From the NCBI GenBank assembly GCA_033762915.1, contig JANRLD010000093.1, forward strand, positions 1-55,989: a stretch of 55,989 bases of DNA, written 5' to 3'. Positions 39,394-49,625 of this stretch are shown here, in pieces. The notes beneath the pieces were generated by a model. That model was not told where the DNA came from, made no database searches, and saw only the letters and a program-made list of their open reading frames with translations. The DNA comes from Meiothermus sp. (GTDB lineage: Bacteria > Deinococcota > Deinococci > Deinococcales > Thermaceae). How positions within the stretch are numbered: the first letter of the stretch is position 1; each line of letters starts with the position of its first letter. The translations under genes were made by a program, and so were the position numbers.

Positions 39394-40482
39394 CTAGGCC
39401 CGCATCTTCCGCTGATCCTCGGCCATCATCCGGTCCACCAGCCGTGTCTGCGGGATGGTGATGAGGACGAAGAGGATGGCCACGGTCGTCACTGCCGAGA
39501 GGTTGAAGTCGTTGGAGGCGATGATGCGGGACTGGTTGAAGGCGTCGATCACCCCCACCACGCTCACCAGCGAGGTGTCCTTCTGCATCCCGATGAAGTT
39601 GTTTAAGAGCGGCGGGATCACCCGGCGCACCGCCTGGGGGACGATCACGAAGCGCAGGGTCTGGCCGTAGGAGAGGCCCAGGCTGCGGGCCGCCGACCAC
39701 TGGCTGGGGTGGATGCTCTCGAGGCCCGCTCGGTACACCTCGCCCACATAGGCCCCGTAGGTGAGCGCCAGGGCCAGGATGGCCAGCACCTCTAAGGGCA
39801 GGTTGCGGAACAGCGGAATCCCGGTCAGGGGCAGCCCGAAGCCCACCAGGTAGATCACGATGATGCCCGGCAGGCTCAGCATGATGTCGGTGTAGGCGGT
39901 GGCGATGAAGCGGATCGGCTGGGCGGCCCGTCCGGGCAGCAGCTTGGCGATCGCCACCACTAGCCCCCAGACCAGGGTGGCTGCGCCCGCCGCCAAGAAG
40001 ATGTAGACGTTGATCAGGAAGGCCAGGACGATCAGGTCGGCGGACTCCCAGATCAGCCGCAGGTCGAAGAAGGTCTTGCCCACGGCCACGTTGTTGGCGA
40101 TAAAGAACATCACCAGCACAACCCCCAGCACGAAGGCCGCTGCGTAGCCCAGGGTGAACCAGCCCTGGTCGCGGCCGGCTGCGCCGCTCACCCTGGCCCC
40201 GATCAGGTCGCCGGCCCTCAGGGCAGTCTGGGCGGCGAGGGCGTGGCGCAGGGCGGCGTTGGCGGGGATCAGCAGGGCCAGCGGCAGCAGACCCGTCACG
40301 ACCAGCAACGCGTCGGCCCAGCCCGCCTGGAAGCCGTTGGCGGTCATGGCGGCCTTGACCTGGAACATCGCCCAGACCGTCAATGCCACGACCAGCGCGA
40401 CCACCCCCCAGGCGACCAGGGCCAGGGGAAGGCTCGAGGCGGGGGCTCGAGCGGCAGGCGGGGGGTTTTGGGGCAGGCTCAT
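39394..40482 (-). CDS. Polar amino acid ABC transporter permease with extra N-terminal TM region
   Basis: AYVGEVYRAGLESI…SAARSLGL (EAA loop); PQAVRRVIPP; KDTSL. Confidence 0.9.
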   Translation of the reverse strand: MSLPQNPPPAARAPASSLPLALVAWGVVALVVALTVWAMFQVKAAMTANGFQAGWADALLVVTGLLPLALLIPANAALRHALAAQTALRAGDLIGARVSGAAGRDQGWFTLGYAAAFVLGVVLVMFFIANNVAVGKTFFDLRLIWESADLIVLAFLINVYIFLAAGAATLVWGLVVAIAKLLPGRAAQPIRFIATAYTDIMLSLPGIIVIYLVGFGLPLTGIPLFRNLPLEVLAILALALTYGAYVGEVYRAGLESIHPSQWSAARSLGLSYGQTLRFVIVPQAVRRVIPPLLNNFIGMQKDTSLVSVVGVIDAFNQSRIIASNDFNLSAVTTVAILFVLITIPQTRLVDRMMAEDQRKMRA

Positions 40483-40492
40483 GGCGTGCGGG

Positions 40493-41298
<806 letters not shown>

Positions 41299-41380
41299 GT
41301 CCGCCCCCGCCAATCGGCCCGGTAAACATGAGGTGAAGATACTTTCTTTGGGCTGAGAATTGCCTATCATTACTCCACCT

Positions 41381-41929
41381 ATGGAACGGGTCGCCATATT
41401 TATTGACGGCAGCAACCTCTATAAAGGCTTGGTATCCACCCTCGGTACCGACTACCGCCTGGATTTCGTGAGCTTTGTCAACCAACTCGCCGGCGACCGT
41501 ACCCTGCTGCGCGCCTATTACTACAACGCCCCCCTCCCCAACGAGGACCCCGCCGCCAAGGCCCACCAGTCCTTCCTCAACTACCTCAAGCGGGTGCCCT
41601 ACGTGATGGTGCGCCTGGGTCGCCTCGAGCGACGCGGCGAGGGTTTCATCGAGAAGGGCGTGGACATCCAGATCGCCATCGACATGCTCAAGCTGGCCTA
41701 CGCCGACGCCTACGACGTTGCCGTGCTGGTCTCCGGCGACGGCGACTTCTCCGAGGTGCTCAAGGTGATCCAGGAGATGGGCAAGCATGCCGAGAACACC
41801 ACCTTCCAGGTGCTCAGCAGCTACCGCCTGGCCCAACAGGCCGACCGCTACTACCCCCTCGACGCCCTCCCCTGGGACAAGCTCCGCTCGAGGCCAGTGG
41901 AGCAAGAAGCCTTCCCATTCCAGGACTGA
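41381..41929 (+). CDS. NYN domain (LabA/DUF88, PIN-like) nuclease
   Basis: IFIDGSNLY; EKGVDI; LVSGDGDF; LAQQAD. Confidence 0.92.
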   Translation: MERVAIFIDGSNLYKGLVSTLGTDYRLDFVSFVNQLAGDRTLLRAYYYNAPLPNEDPAAKAHQSFLNYLKRVPYVMVRLGRLERRGEGFIEKGVDIQIAIDMLKLAYADAYDVAVLVSGDGDFSEVLKVIQEMGKHAENTTFQVLSSYRLAQQADRYYPLDALPWDKLRSRPVEQEAFPFQD

Positions 41930-41996
41930 TCGCGTTTGCTCCAAATACCCGGCGCGGCAAACACTGCTGCGCCGGGTATTCGTTGGGAAACGCGAT
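41929..41996. repeat. Hairpin element with family A/B-type termini
   Basis: ATCGCGTTT…AATACCCGGCGCGGCA / TGCTGCGCCGGGTATT…AAACGCGAT. Confidence 0.6.
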
Positions 41997-42019
41997 GAGG
42001 CCAATGGCCCCGAGGCGGG

Positions 42020-42043
42020 CCCCTCCTGAGCGGGGGCTTTTTG
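42020..42043 (+). terminator. Intrinsic terminator after the NYN gene
   Basis: GCCCCTC-CTGAGC-GGGGGC followed by TTTTT. Confidence 0.6.
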
Positions 42044-42237
42044 TCGTGCCAGGGTGCATCTGCCAGATCAGAGGGGGCGCCATCTTGCAGGTCAACTTAT
42101 GGCACCGTGTTGTAAAGGTCGGGGGTTCCTCCGGGGTCGAGGGCGGCCCCATGCTGCCGCGTACCCGCCAGTTTTGTGCGCCGTGCTGAACGTCCGCCAG
42201 GCCTGTGGCCTCGAGGCCGCCCTTCACCGCACGGCGG

Positions 42238-42924
42238 CTACCACGGCAGCGGCTTGCCGTCGCGGAAGAAACCGCCGCTCGGCCCGTCGTTGCCCCGAGT
42301 GACCGCCCAGATCACGCTGGCCGCGCCCTCGGAAACGGGCCGCCCGCCGCCGCCCATGTCGGTGTCGGTCCAGCCGGGGCAGACCGCGTTGACCAGAATC
42401 TTGGTGTGCCGGAGCTCTGCCGCCAGGTTGCGGGTGAGGGCGTTGAGCGCGGCCTTGGAGACGCTGTAGCCGGGGGTGCCTGCACCCATGCCCGCAATCG
42501 AGCCGGACTCACTCGAGACGTTCACGATCCGCCCGTGCGGGCTCTTTATGAGCAGCGGCAAGAAAGCCTGAACCAAACGCCAGGCCCCGAAGAGGTTGGC
42601 CTCGAGGGTCTGGAGAACCTCGGCCAAGTCGGCGTCAGAGGCCTTGTGCCAGGTGTCGTAGTTGATGGCGGCGTTGTTGACCAGAACGTCCAGGCGGCCG
42701 TGGGTCTGCTCGACCCAGACTTTGAGCGTGCTGACGTCCTCGAGGTCGGTCACGTCGAGCCGCCGCACCATGACGCCGGGGCTGTTGCCCAGGGCCTGCC
42801 GCCCTTTGGCGAGGTCGCGGCTGCCCGCGATCACGGTGTAGCCAAGCCGCGCAAGTTGTCGGCTCACCTCGAGGCCGATCCCCCGGTTGGCGCCCGTCAC
42901 CAGGGCGATGCTCTGGCCGCTCAT
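42238..42924 (-). CDS. SDR family oxidoreductase, carbonyl-reductase-like (leaderless)
   Basis: TGANRGIG; NNAA; YSVSK; CPGWTDTDMGG; TAAGAT 6 nt before ATG. Confidence 0.92.
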   Translation of the reverse strand: MSGQSIALVTGANRGIGLEVSRQLARLGYTVIAGSRDLAKGRQALGNSPGVMVRRLDVTDLEDVSTLKVWVEQTHGRLDVLVNNAAINYDTWHKASDADLAEVLQTLEANLFGAWRLVQAFLPLLIKSPHGRIVNVSSESGSIAGMGAGTPGYSVSKAALNALTRNLAAELRHTKILVNAVCPGWTDTDMGGGGRPVSEGAASVIWAVTRGNDGPSGGFFRDGKPLPW

Positions 42925-43010
42925 CGGCCCATCTTACGCCAACGTGCCGCGCAAGACGGGAAAGCCGCCGCTTCCTTGGCCGGCTGAGGGTGCGATCCCG
43001 GGCGGCCAGC

Positions 43011-43460
43011 CTAGCGCCGGGCGGTCTGGTCGGCGGGCGGGCCGTAGGCGCTCAGGCGGCACTCGGCCAGGAAGGTGTAGTGCGAGTCGGGGCCGCCGTT
43101 CTCGATCAGGCCGCCCAAGACGTAGGCGGCGGGGTCCTCGGGGTTGGGATCGATCAGCAGCACATAGTTGCCGCCGATCTGGCCCTGCTGCATTACCGTC
43201 CAGCCCCGGCTGTTCAGCTCGCTGCTGAGCGTCTCGGCAGCCATCTCGAGGCTTCCCTTCACCGCCCAGACCTCGGGCGCGCCGCAGTCGAGCTGGCCCT
43301 CAAGGAACCTCCGAATCTCCTCGAGAGCGCGGTCCACCTCGGATATATGGGCGGTTATCAGGGTAGTCGGAACCGGGGCCGGGGCGACCGGATCGGTTTG
43401 GGCCAGCGCCGCCGTGCCCAGCAGGACGGCCGTAATGAGTGTCTTAATCGACCTGCGCAT
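43011..43460 (-). CDS. Secreted hypothetical protein
   Basis: AAGGAG RBS; signal peptide ending ALA. Confidence 0.7.
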   Translation of the reverse strand: MRRSIKTLITAVLLGTAALAQTDPVAPAPVPTTLITAHISEVDRALEEIRRFLEGQLDCGAPEVWAVKGSLEMAAETLSSELNSRGWTVMQQGQIGGNYVLLIDPNPEDPAAYVLGGLIENGGPDSHYTFLAECRLSAYGPPADQTARR

Positions 43461-43667
43461 CTCCCTCTCCTTCGGCCCTCCGGGGCCCCATCGCCCGCGC
43501 CTGCCTGCGGCCGGAGCCGACGATAGGTCACGCTAACCCCCGCAACGGGGTGGGGGCTGAAAGGAGGCTGTTCTGGTCAGGTCTGCCCGCCCAGGCCAGG
43601 CTGTTAACGCCCTGAACCGCAGCGTAGTCGGGCGGCGTTTTCTACGACCTGGAGCGCAAAACTCTGC

Positions 43668-43738
43668 ATACGCTTGACGCATAGCGTATACCGTGATACT
43701 CTAAATCTATCAGCCCCGAAAGGGCGGTTTTTTATTTT
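43668..43738 (+). promoter_or_regulatory. Orphan promoter with operator-like inverted repeat followed directly by a terminator
   Basis: TTGACG-17-TACTCT; ATACGCT-N8-AGCGTAT; GCCC-CGAAA-GGGC then TTTTTTATTTT. Confidence 0.45.
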
Positions 43739-43749
43739 AACCCCTGCCC

Positions 43750-44670
43750 CTACAGCACCCGTCTCGAGAGCTGGGCCAAAACCAGACTCGCCATCAGCAG
43801 CAGCCCCGCCGCCAGGCTGAAGAAGGCCGCGATCTCGGTGGGTTCGCGTCGGGTCGAGACCGTTCTGCCCAGCTCCTGGTAGATCTTCTTGAGGGCCTCC
43901 GCCGACTCGGCGGTGAAGAACTGCCCCCCGGTGATCTCCGAGATGGCCCGCAACTCGCCCTCGTCGAAGCCCTCGCCGGGCACCAGGCGGGAGGCGAAGG
44001 CGTCGCTGGAGCCGACCCCGATAGTGTGGACGACCACCCCCAGCTCGGCCGCCCGCTGGGCGGCTTCCTTGGGGTCTACGCCCATTTTGTTGCGCCCGTC
44101 GGAAAGAAGGATGATGCTCGAGGGGATCAGGGCCTTGCGGCCCCCCAGGTCGAACAGCTCGAGGCCCAGCATCAGCCCGTCGCCGATGGCGGTGGTGTCG
44201 CGCAGGGCCAGCAGCCGCACCTGCTCCTGCACGCCCTTGTGGTTGCGGCTCAGGGGCGACTCGACCTGGGCGGTTTGGGCGAAGCTGACCAGCCCGATGT
44301 AGACGCTGCTGGGCACGTCGTCGATGAACAGCCGGGCGGCCACCTTGGCGGCCTCGAGGCGGTTGGGCTCCACGTCGTCGGCCTGCATGGAGAAGCTCAC
44401 GTCCATCACCATCACCACGTTGGAGCGCTCGGCCAGCACCGTAATCCAGGCCTGCGGGCGGGCCAGCGCCACCAGACCCAGCACCAGTGCCAGCCCGTAG
44501 AGGCCCCAGCTCAGCCAGCGGCTGCCCCGGGCCGCGCCGCGAAACCGCGCCGCCTCGGGCAGCCAGGCGAAGCCGCTGCCCCGCCCCCGGCGCAGCTCGA
44601 GCCATCCCCACCCCGCCAGCAGCGGCGGCAGCAGCAATAGCCAAAGTAGCTCGGGCGACTGAAAGCTCAT
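43750..44670 (-). CDS. VWA domain membrane protein (BatA-like)
   Basis: N-terminal FQSPELLWLL; ALARPQ; MIDAS DVSFSM; TAIGDG; LLSDG; C-terminal TM. Confidence 0.88.
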   Translation of the reverse strand: MSFQSPELLWLLLLPPLLAGWGWLELRRGRGSGFAWLPEAARFRGAARGSRWLSWGLYGLALVLGLVALARPQAWITVLAERSNVVMVMDVSFSMQADDVEPNRLEAAKVAARLFIDDVPSSVYIGLVSFAQTAQVESPLSRNHKGVQEQVRLLALRDTTAIGDGLMLGLELFDLGGRKALIPSSIILLSDGRNKMGVDPKEAAQRAAELGVVVHTIGVGSSDAFASRLVPGEGFDEGELRAISEITGGQFFTAESAEALKKIYQELGRTVSTRREPTEIAAFFSLAAGLLLMASLVLAQLSRRVL

Positions 44671-44990
44671 TCCCCACCCCACTGGTGGCTCCATCCCAAC
44701 GGCGGCACTAAAGACGGCGGTTAACTAATAGTAAGAAATACTACAGACTGCCGGATTAGAACACAGCCGAATGGTGGATGTGAGGGGGAAGGGGGAAGAC
44801 GGAGGCCAGCGGTTATCCCGCAAACTTTGAGGTCGCCGTCGACCGCTGTGCTCCTCTTGCCGCTGTGTGCCCTCCCTGGTTGCCTACATTTCATTCCCCA
44901 ATACCTTTCGCCTCGGCAAACAACGGCAAAATCTGCACTATGCAAATACCTATGAAGGGCTCCGGCTCCAGCGCACCCGACCGCGAGCCG

Positions 44991-45971
44991 ATGAAAGCCA
45001 ACACGGCTTTATGGTGGGGCATCGGGGTGAGCTTCGTGATCACTGTGGCGATCGCGCTGCTGGGCTGGCGGCTCGAGGCGATTCGGCTGTTGCCTGACCA
45101 GGGGGTGGCCTGGTACTACTGGCAGCTGCCCGAGCCGACCTTCTGGAGCAAGCTGACCTCCTGGGGCTTCTACATCGCCCACCAGCTGGCCATCTGGTAC
45201 CTGATTTACCGCGCCCAGCAGGAGCGGCCCAAGTACACCGGGGGGCTGCACTGGTTTAACATCTGGGCGCTGGTGGTCAACGGCTTTTTCGGGGTGCTGC
45301 ACGTGGTGCAGACCCACCTCTTCTACGACGGACTGGCCCAGGACGTCTCGATCTTCAGCTCGCAGGGCTCGGTGATCGTGCTATTGGTGCTGATTCTGAT
45401 CATGGAGAACCCCCGTCGCGGGATGTTCTGGGGCAAGAAGGCCCCGCTCTCCAAGCAGGTGGTGGATTTTGTCCGCAAGTACCACGGCTACTTCTTTGCC
45501 TGGGCGATCATCTACACCTTCTGGTATCACCCCGCCATCGCCACCGCCGGTCACCTGCTGGGCTTCTTCTACACCTACTTGCTGATGCTCCAGGGCAGCC
45601 TGTTCTTCACCCGCGCCCACCTTAACAAGTGGTGGACCTTCACCCTCGAGTTCCTTGTCCTGGTTCACGGGGCCATCGTGGCGGTGCTCCAGGGCAACGG
45701 CATCTGGCCGATGTTTGCCTTCGGGTTTGGGGGCATACTGATCATCACCCAGATGCACGGCCTGGGCCTAAAAAACTGGACCAAGTGGGTTATCCTCGGC
45801 CTCTACTGCGCCGCCGTGCTGTGGGTGTACAGCGACCGGGGCTGGGCCAAGCTTAACGAGATCATCCGCATCCCGCTGATCGACTACGTGCTGGTCTTCG
45901 CCCTCACCGGTCTGATCTGGCTGGGGCTGTGGGTGGCGGGCCGGGTGAACCCCAAGCTGCGCTCGGCCTGA
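44991..45971 (+). CDS. Polytopic membrane protein of unknown function, His-rich (start uncertain; ATG 44940 is also in frame)
   Basis: About 9-10 hydrophobic segments; strong host codon bias. Confidence 0.8.
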   Translation: MKANTALWWGIGVSFVITVAIALLGWRLEAIRLLPDQGVAWYYWQLPEPTFWSKLTSWGFYIAHQLAIWYLIYRAQQERPKYTGGLHWFNIWALVVNGFFGVLHVVQTHLFYDGLAQDVSIFSSQGSVIVLLVLILIMENPRRGMFWGKKAPLSKQVVDFVRKYHGYFFAWAIIYTFWYHPAIATAGHLLGFFYTYLLMLQGSLFFTRAHLNKWWTFTLEFLVLVHGAIVAVLQGNGIWPMFAFGFGGILIITQMHGLGLKNWTKWVILGLYCAAVLWVYSDRGWAKLNEIIRIPLIDYVLVFALTGLIWLGLWVAGRVNPKLRSA

Positions 45972-46086
45972 GAGCGGTTTCCACCCAAACTCCGCCCACG
46001 GTGCTGCGCTGAAGCGTGCGCTAAAGCGGAGTATTTCACTCGGTACGGCGGTTTTTGCCGTACCGAGTGTTCGTGTGAACCGCTCT
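45971..46086. repeat. Family-B MITE-like element with perfect 9-bp TIRs
   Basis: AGAGCGGTT…AACCGCTCT; internal hairpin CACTCGGTACGGC/GCCGTACCGAGTG; homologous to 5136-5228. Confidence 0.8.
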
Positions 46087-46136
46087 GAGGGTCGGGGGCT
46101 GAAGGACCAAGCCGAGGCCTCGAGGCTCCATAAAAT

Positions 46137-46173
46137 CTTCCCGCCGACCTCCAGAAGGAGGTCGGCGGGGAAG
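46137..46173 (-). terminator. Terminator of the minus-strand peptidase cluster
   Basis: CTTCCCGCCGACCTCC/GGAGGTCGGCGGGGAAG; ATTTT follows on the minus strand. Confidence 0.6.
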
Positions 46174-46228
46174 CGGTTCTTCTGCCTGCCCTCAGGTGCG
46201 GGCAGCAGGCCGGGGGTCACGGGCCGTC

Positions 46229-47458
46229 TTAACCGTAGACGCGCCGTCCGCCGGAGTAGGTGGTGCGTACTTTGGTGATGTCGTCGATATCGAGGTCCGG
46301 CTTGCCGTCCACCACGATCACATCCGCGATGTAGCCGGGTTTGAGGTAGCCCAGCTTGCTGTCCATGCGGTTGATCTTGGCGGCCACACTGGTAGCCGAG
46401 CGCAGGGCGTCGTAGGCGTCCTTCTTCACGCCCAGCTTGATCATGAAAGCCATCTCGGGGGCCACCACGTCGTGCTGCACCACCGGCGAGCCGCAGTCGG
46501 TGCCGAACCCGATGGTGATCCCGGCCTGGGCGGCCTTAACCAGCCCGGCGAAGCGCACGCCGCTGTTCACCGCTTTTATGCGCTCCTCGATCTTCCACTC
46601 CGGCACGTTGTACTTCCGCGCCAGCTCGGGCTGGCTCTGCATCACCAGTGGCGCGAAGGTGGTGACGATGGGGATGCCCTTCTTGGCGATGATCTCGATG
46701 GTCTCGTCGGTCATGTCGCCGCCGTGCTCGATGCAGTCCACGCCGGCCTCGGCCACCCGCTTAATCACCGAGTTGAAAGTGGCGTGGGCAGTGATGGGCA
46801 GGCCGTTGCGGCGGGTCTCGTCGATTACCGCGAACAGCTCCTCGTCGGTGAACTCGTTGAGGTCGTGCGAGGCCATGATCTTGATCAGGTCGGCCCCTCC
46901 GCGCACCTGCTCGCGCACGGCGCGGCGCATCTCGTCGGCCCCGCTGGCCTCGCGGCAGGCCCAGTAGGTGTGGCCGCCGGTCTGCACGATGGCCGCCCCG
47001 CAGGCCAGCACCCGGGGCCCGGGGAAGATGCCCTGCTCGACGGCCTGCTTGGCGTGCAGGTTGGTCTGGTGCATCCCCAGGTCGCGCACGGTGGTGATGC
47101 CCGCTCGCAGGCTCAGAAGCATGTTGCCCGCGCTCTTGTAGGCCGAAATCTCGGGGGAGTCGTAGATGGACTGGTGCGCCAGGTCGTGGATGCCGTCCCA
47201 GGCCAGGTGGGCGTGGGAGTTGAACATCCCCGGCATAATGGTGCCGCCGGTGACCTGGGCTTCGGAGGCCCTCGAGCCGAAGTCGGAGGCCGGGCCAACC
47301 GCCGCGATCTTACCGTCCTTCAACTCGACGATGCCGTCCTCGATCCGCTCGTCGCCCTCACAGGTGAGGACGCGCCCGCGCAGCAGCACGTGCTCCTTGG
47401 GCAGGTCGAACATGGGCTTGATGACTTTCTGAAACTTCCAGTGTGGGGCTTCGGGCAT
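46229..47458 (-). CDS. Amidohydrolase family protein (Xaa-Pro dipeptidase-like)
   Basis: PGMFNSHAH; TTVRDLG; IKI; AHA; EHG; GTD; PGYIAD. Confidence 0.9.
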   Translation of the reverse strand: MPEAPHWKFQKVIKPMFDLPKEHVLLRGRVLTCEGDERIEDGIVELKDGKIAAVGPASDFGSRASEAQVTGGTIMPGMFNSHAHLAWDGIHDLAHQSIYDSPEISAYKSAGNMLLSLRAGITTVRDLGMHQTNLHAKQAVEQGIFPGPRVLACGAAIVQTGGHTYWACREASGADEMRRAVREQVRGGADLIKIMASHDLNEFTDEELFAVIDETRRNGLPITAHATFNSVIKRVAEAGVDCIEHGGDMTDETIEIIAKKGIPIVTTFAPLVMQSQPELARKYNVPEWKIEERIKAVNSGVRFAGLVKAAQAGITIGFGTDCGSPVVQHDVVAPEMAFMIKLGVKKDAYDALRSATSVAAKINRMDSKLGYLKPGYIADVIVVDGKPDLDIDDITKVRTTYSGGRRVYG

Positions 47459-47612
47459 ATCAAAAACCTCCTACGGGCTATCGGATTTGTCTTGAGACGT
47501 TTAGGTGACGAGGGCTTGAGGCAAGAAGTTGAAAAGGTCAAAAGTGAAAAGTAAGTGGAGGGTAGGATTGAGAGTTGCGTTAAGCGTTCCACCGGCCAAA
47601 GTACAAAGAAGC

Positions 47613-47743
47613 TGTCATTCTGAGGAGGCACTTTTTGCTGAGGAGGAATCGCTTGCGTGCACACCGCCAATTCATTGTGGTTTGGATGGATAACATTGAC
47701 TGCTCGAGATTCTTCACTCCGCTGCGCTCTGTTCAGAATGACA
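47613..47743. repeat. REP-like element with TGTCATTCTGA/TCAGAATGACA inverted ends
   Basis: 11-bp perfect inverted ends; GAGATTCTTCACTCCGCTGCGCT in the right arm. Confidence 0.75.
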
Positions 47744-47801
47744 ACGGTTGAATACGATGGCCACTCACTATGCTCGGACGAGGAGCCCCTCGTCCCTCCG
47801 G

Positions 47802-49481
47802 TCAGGGCAACGTGATTTGCTGCCTCACCGTCCCGCCCTTCTCGCTCTTTGCTGCAATTTCGACCGTGGTGCCCGCGGCCGCGGTGACCGTCCACTCGAC
47901 CGGCTTGGCGGTGCGGTTCCACTGGTTGCCCCAGGGCGACCACGTAGACTTGCGCTCGTTGCGGCCTGCCAGGTGGCCCAGGTCGTGGGTGAGGGGGCCG
48001 TGGACGGTTGCGCCGGAGAGTTCGGCCTTGACCGATCTCGCCCAGCCCTCGGCGATGGCCACGTCAGTGAGGTTGGTGGGGAGGTAGCCGCCGTTGCCCA
48101 CGGTGGCCCGCAACCGGTACACGCCCTCGGAGAGCTTGGTGGCGGTGGCGTCGGTGATCTGGATGAAGGGGCTGCTGCCGGCGTGGGCCAGGCAGAACTT
48201 CACGTTGCGGTAGCACATCTCCTCGAGCAGGTGTCCCGGCGGGTTGCGGAAGGTCCAGACGTCCAGCATCCCCCCGATCTCGACCTCGCCCAGCTGTGGG
48301 TGGTCGAACTTCTTCCAATCCAGGAAGGCCCACTCGCCCACGTTGCGCGTCACCCAGTTCAGAATCTTGATCTGCTCATCCTCGGTGCGGGGGCGTATGC
48401 CGTACCAGTGGGTCTTCTCGAGGCCGGCCTCGCGCTCGATATCCCACAGCTCGGTGCCGAAGATGGGGATGCCCATCTGCTCGTAGGCCCAGTCGGTGAG
48501 GGAGCCGTGGCGGGCCTTAGTCTTGTCGGGGGTGAAGTCCTCGAAGATCGAGATTACGGGATAGCCGGTGATCTCGGTCCCCACTGCGCCAAGGTCTTTG
48601 AACAGGGTAATGTCGCGGGCCGACATCTGGTTGTCGTACTTCACCGCGCTGGGCCGCAGGATCACCCCGCCGTGGGTGTGATACGAGTTCATCCCGCAGA
48701 TATTCTTGTGGGCCAGGATGAAGTCGATCATGGCCTTGGCCTCCGGCTCGGAGCCGGGGTAGTCGCCCGCGCCGTACTCGTGCGGCGACCAGTTGGCCGG
48801 GAACTGGCGGTTGAGGTTGCCGTCGCGGGGTGCTTCGATGTCGGGCTCTACACCGTCAAAGTCGGGGATTAGCCCTTCGGGGTAGAGGCGGTAGTACTCG
48901 CCCCCCACCTCGTGGGGTTGGCGCTGCACCAAAATGCGGTGGTCTTTTTGTGAGACTTTCCACTCGCCGTTGGGGTCCTTGACCCGCATAAACACGATGT
49001 GCCCGTCGCCGTCCACGTCCCACTGGTGCAGGCCCTTGGTCACCTCGTCCTGGCCTAGCGCGTAGCGCCCGTTGCCGCACCAGCGGTGGGGGGTCTTGAG
49101 GCAGATCTCGGCCGCGTCGGGGTTGACCCTGGGGATGACGTAGAAGGCCATCGAGCGCATCAGGCGGGTGACTTCTTCGTCGTGGGTGAAGCGCTCGAGC
49201 AGATAGTTCACCGCGTAGAGGGCGGTCGAGCTGGTGGCGTGTTCCTCGGCGTGAATCTGAGCGTCGATGTAGTAGGCCGGCTTCTCGCCGTCGGGGCCGG
49301 TGGAGAAGTCGGTCAGGGTGAGCTGCCAGACATCGCGGCCCTGGTGGGTCTTGCCCAGGCTCTGCAGCCGGGCCAGGTGCGGGTGCTTGCTGGCCAGGTC
49401 GTGCAGGATGCGGGTGTACTCGTCGTAGTCGAAGTAGCGGTCGTGGGTGATAGAGAGTTGGGGGCGGGGTGGGACACTCAT
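47802..49481 (-). CDS. M14 family zinc metallocarboxypeptidase (paralog 2)
   Basis: IHAEE; NPD; NLNRQFP; SYHTHGG; TELW. Confidence 0.9.
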   Translation of the reverse strand: MSVPPRPQLSITHDRYFDYDEYTRILHDLASKHPHLARLQSLGKTHQGRDVWQLTLTDFSTGPDGEKPAYYIDAQIHAEEHATSSTALYAVNYLLERFTHDEEVTRLMRSMAFYVIPRVNPDAAEICLKTPHRWCGNGRYALGQDEVTKGLHQWDVDGDGHIVFMRVKDPNGEWKVSQKDHRILVQRQPHEVGGEYYRLYPEGLIPDFDGVEPDIEAPRDGNLNRQFPANWSPHEYGAGDYPGSEPEAKAMIDFILAHKNICGMNSYHTHGGVILRPSAVKYDNQMSARDITLFKDLGAVGTEITGYPVISIFEDFTPDKTKARHGSLTDWAYEQMGIPIFGTELWDIEREAGLEKTHWYGIRPRTEDEQIKILNWVTRNVGEWAFLDWKKFDHPQLGEVEIGGMLDVWTFRNPPGHLLEEMCYRNVKFCLAHAGSSPFIQITDATATKLSEGVYRLRATVGNGGYLPTNLTDVAIAEGWARSVKAELSGATVHGPLTHDLGHLAGRNERKSTWSPWGNQWNRTAKPVEWTVTAAAGTTVEIAAKSEKGGTVRQQITLP

Positions 49482-49511
49482 GGGTGGGGTTCCTCCTTTG
49501 ATTTTGGCGCT

Positions 49512-49625
49512 TTCTCCCTCTGGGAGAAGGCGGGGGATGAGGGGCTTTTGACTTTGAGTTTCAAGGGGCCTTCGCTTCGCTCACAAGGCCCCTCACCCCA
49601 GCCCCTCTCCCAGGGGGAGAGGGGC
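49512..49625. repeat. REP pair of the CCCTCACCCC…CTCTCCC type
   Basis: TTCTCCCTCTGGGAGAA…GGGGATGAGGGG and CCCCTCACCCCAGCCCCTCTCCCAGGGGGAGAGGGG in inverted arrangement. Confidence 0.75.

Noticed and set aside
43668..43684. Deinococcus RDRM (DdrO) site
   Set aside because: Partial resemblance only, with several mismatches and no DNA-repair gene downstream.
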